DNA from: Felis catus
Lineage: Eukaryota
DNA: 64,000 nucleotides
Direction of reading: 5' to 3'
Assembly: GCF_018350175.1 (NCBI RefSeq)
Contig: NC_058368.1
Coordinates: 218,862,001-218,926,000 of the forward strand
A program made the position numbers and the translations under genes. Under the pieces are notes generated by a model that saw only the letters and a list, made by a program, of their open reading frames with translations, was not told the origin of the DNA and did not search any database. This document shows, one piece after another, positions 63,431-64,000 of this stretch. Position 1 is the first letter of the stretch, and each line of letters starts with the position of its first letter.

Positions 63431-63815
63431 AACCTAGTAATGAATTTAATAGCAAAAATATTTTTGAATTGAACTTAATTGTTTTCCCTGAATCTACACC
63501 TGATGATTATCTCTATGACATTTCATGAATTATATTTAAAGTTTTACACTGCTATATATTTTCACAACTTCTTTATCTTTGAGAAGAAAAGTTAAGATTT
63601 TGAAAAATATAATTACATTATATACATTTGAAGCAGGGATGAAAAAACAATAAGTGAGGAGAAAGTATAAAATACTCTACCTTTGTTTTCCCTCGGAGGG
63701 AAAAATAAATGCAATTTGGTGACCTTTGATCTAGAAAGGCTGAGTTATTAGTGATGCAAAGGGTCAGAAGCAAACTAAATATCCAGGCAACATATTTAGA
63801 GATAAACATTCATGG

Positions 63816-64000
63816 GGGGCACCTGGGTGGCTCAGTTGGTTAAGCATCTGACTCTTGATTTCAGCTCAAGTCACGATCTCGCAGTTCGTGAGTTCAAGCC
63901 CTACCTTGGCCTCTGCACTGACAGTGTGGAGCCTGCTTGGAATTCTCTCTATCTCCCTTTATCTCTGTCCCTCTCCTGCTTGTGCTCTCTCTCAATCTCT
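63816..64000 (+). mobile_element. Can-SINE, cut by window end
   Basis: ggggcacctgggtggctcagttggttaagcatctgactcttgatttcagctc... Confidence 0.96.

Noticed and set aside
1..64000. A novel multi-gene biological system (operon, defence island, CRISPR)
   Set aside because: This is mammalian non-coding DNA with no intact CDS, no regularly spaced repeat-spacer array and no foreign-composition insert that I could see.

Overview
AT-rich, repeat-dense mammalian genomic DNA, almost certainly from a cat (Felidae). About 30 tRNA-derived Can-SINEs are present, including two CpG-intact SINEC_Fc-type copies, plus felid-type L1 3' ends. No intact protein-coding gene can be supported: the supplied ORFs are SINE translations, L1, Tigger or 7SK remnants, or low-complexity chance ORFs. 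Recognisable content: a full-length but dead Tigger1 DNA transposon (6601-9238) with a SINE inside it, several L1 fragments (two with 5' inversions, one a clean twin-priming junction), MaLR/ERVL/ERV1 LTRs and internal remnants, MER58, MIR/L2 relics, microsatellites, and a 3'-truncated 7SK retropseudogene (62824-63084). A few short non-repetitive islands look like non-coding or terminal exons or regulatory elements (about 15.2, 19.4, 27.8, 32.8, 38.4, 39.2 and 61.3 kb), but I cannot assign them to a gene. I found no evidence for a novel multi-gene biological system. Repeat family names come from my recollection of consensus sequences, not from a database search.
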